The notes below the pieces were generated by a model. That model was not told the origin of the DNA, ran no database searches, and was given only the letters and a program-made list of their open reading frames with translations. Position numbers and translations under genes: made by a program. A stretch of DNA of 34,096 nt from an uncultured Nitrososphaeraceae archaeon (GTDB lineage Archaea; Thermoproteota; Nitrososphaeria; Nitrososphaerales; Nitrososphaeraceae), in the NCBI GenBank assembly GCA_963825865.1, contig CAWGVG010000056.1, forward strand, positions 1 through 34,096, written 5' to 3'. Below, one piece after another: positions 32,736-34,096 of the stretch (its first letter is position 1; each line of letters starts with the position of its first letter).

Positions 32736-33230
32736 ATGATAGACTATTTTGAAATGGATCGTGTAATTGAAGAACTTGCGAAAGCGTATCCTGCTCAATG
32801 CGCAACCACATGGTTCAAGATAACAAAAAATCACAAGCCTACCAAGGAAGAATATCGTGATAAAGTAGTAGAATACATGAAGCAATTTGAATACTTGCTA
32901 GCTACTTATCCGCAATGCCTTGAAACAGACAAGCTCGAAGAACTTGTTAAGAAATCTCTAGATAATGAAATAGAAAAGGTGCTTCAGGGAAATAATAACG
33001 ATGTCGAAAGGCGTTACAAACACTACGTTGAGAATTCTCCATCAGAATCCAAAAATATTTTGGAAAAAGAAGTTACTGAAAAACGTCCCGACAGAGATGC
33101 TGTTTTGATAGAAAAAAGTCAAGAAAATGAAAATAATACGGGGCAAGAGCGGGAACAACAAGAGATTCAATATGAAAAGAGTGTAGAGGAGCGTATACGT
33201 AAGAAGAAGAAGATGATGATATCAAGTTAA
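32736..33230 (+). CDS. Hypothetical protein
   Basis: 164-aa ORF, helical N-terminal domain and charged tail. Confidence 0.65.
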   Translation: MIDYFEMDRVIEELAKAYPAQCATTWFKITKNHKPTKEEYRDKVVEYMKQFEYLLATYPQCLETDKLEELVKKSLDNEIEKVLQGNNNDVERRYKHYVENSPSESKNILEKEVTEKRPDRDAVLIEKSQENENNTGQEREQQEIQYEKSVEERIRKKKKMMISS

Positions 33231-34096
33231 GAAAAGAATAAGAAAAGAATAAGAAATATCAAAAGAAATGGCTCCTAACTATTTTCCATTAAGAAAAAGA
33301 ATGTTCTAGGAGGTAAGATTGTTTTGGCTTATAGTAAATTATATATTTTTATTGAATATTAATGAAGTGTTGTAGTAGCAGTAGTCTTAGTATTTGCAGG
33401 TAATAATAAGATATTATTAGTAGTTACCAAGAATGAAACTAATACTGCAGATATAAAGCAGCTACTATAATTACAATAACAAGGATTTGTTGCGTATTCA
33501 TTACAAGAACAATACTTTTAGTATGTGCCTCTGGGGTAAATTTGTTTACAACGTGTGATCGGTCACGCTGATAGTCACAGTCATACGCTCAAAGTGTTAT
33601 ATCCATGAACACAGAGACAGTTATTTTAATTAGATACATTTCTGTGGACCACTGTTGTTAATCTGCCTGATATAAGAACATACTTGAAAATTACAATTAA
33701 TGTCATAGCTCTTAAATTGCCTTCTATTCTATGTCCAAGCAAAAACAATCCAATTGCGATAGACCACAAAATAACACCTTTTATAGGATTTGTATACAAG
33801 CCAAACAAATCGCCTAAAATTAAGGCTATTCCCGTAAGATAAATAGGAGATCATATAAGATTTTATTAATTGTATGTCTGTGACTACTTTTTATATGTCT
33901 ATAGATTAAGCACTCTTTAATCTATTTAACTCGTTAGGATTACCTTCAAGCCTTTCAAAGTTTTTTCCATAACTACCAAATTTACCAAAAATTTGTTCAA
34001 ACTGATTCTGACATGTGTTACCAATATTCAGTATCGTAGGTCTGGAATGCAGAGGTGTGTTATGTATATTTCTTTCTATCTCTATTTTATGTACGT

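Noticed and set aside
33229-33256. AAGAAAAGAAT tandem repeat
   Set aside because: About 2.5 copies in purine-rich low-complexity sequence after a stop codon; unremarkable

Overview
AT-rich archaeal DNA. The gene content (thermosome, archaeal Hsp20, YVTN and TPR secreted proteins, PQQ sugar dehydrogenase, a characteristic integrase N-terminus and HTH family) points to a soil ammonia-oxidising archaeon of the Nitrososphaeraceae; this assignment is inferred. The window is an accessory region with low coding density. Many genes carry single-base frameshifts, which may be uncorrected long-read errors, real decay, or both. About a dozen genes are abruptly truncated shards abutting unrelated sequence. 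The most notable locus is at 14010-18030: a frameshifted Fe-S/RecB-type nuclease fused to an SF1 (Dna2/Upf1-like) helicase, preceded by a small Zn-ribbon gene. Both are transcribed divergently from an intact CARF-like/wHTH (DUF6293/Csa3-like) regulator, with a palindrome in the short intergenic gap. Also present are remnants of defence-type genes (HsdS, S8 protease, TIR/NDT-like domain, patatin), an IS630 remnant and an 11-repeat YVTN surface protein with variable loops. A scrambled copy of pieces of that gene sits inside a TPR remnant, and a putative att/tRNA-end motif recurs three times. No CRISPR array, rRNA or intact tRNA was seen. All family calls come from motif recognition by eye, not database searches.
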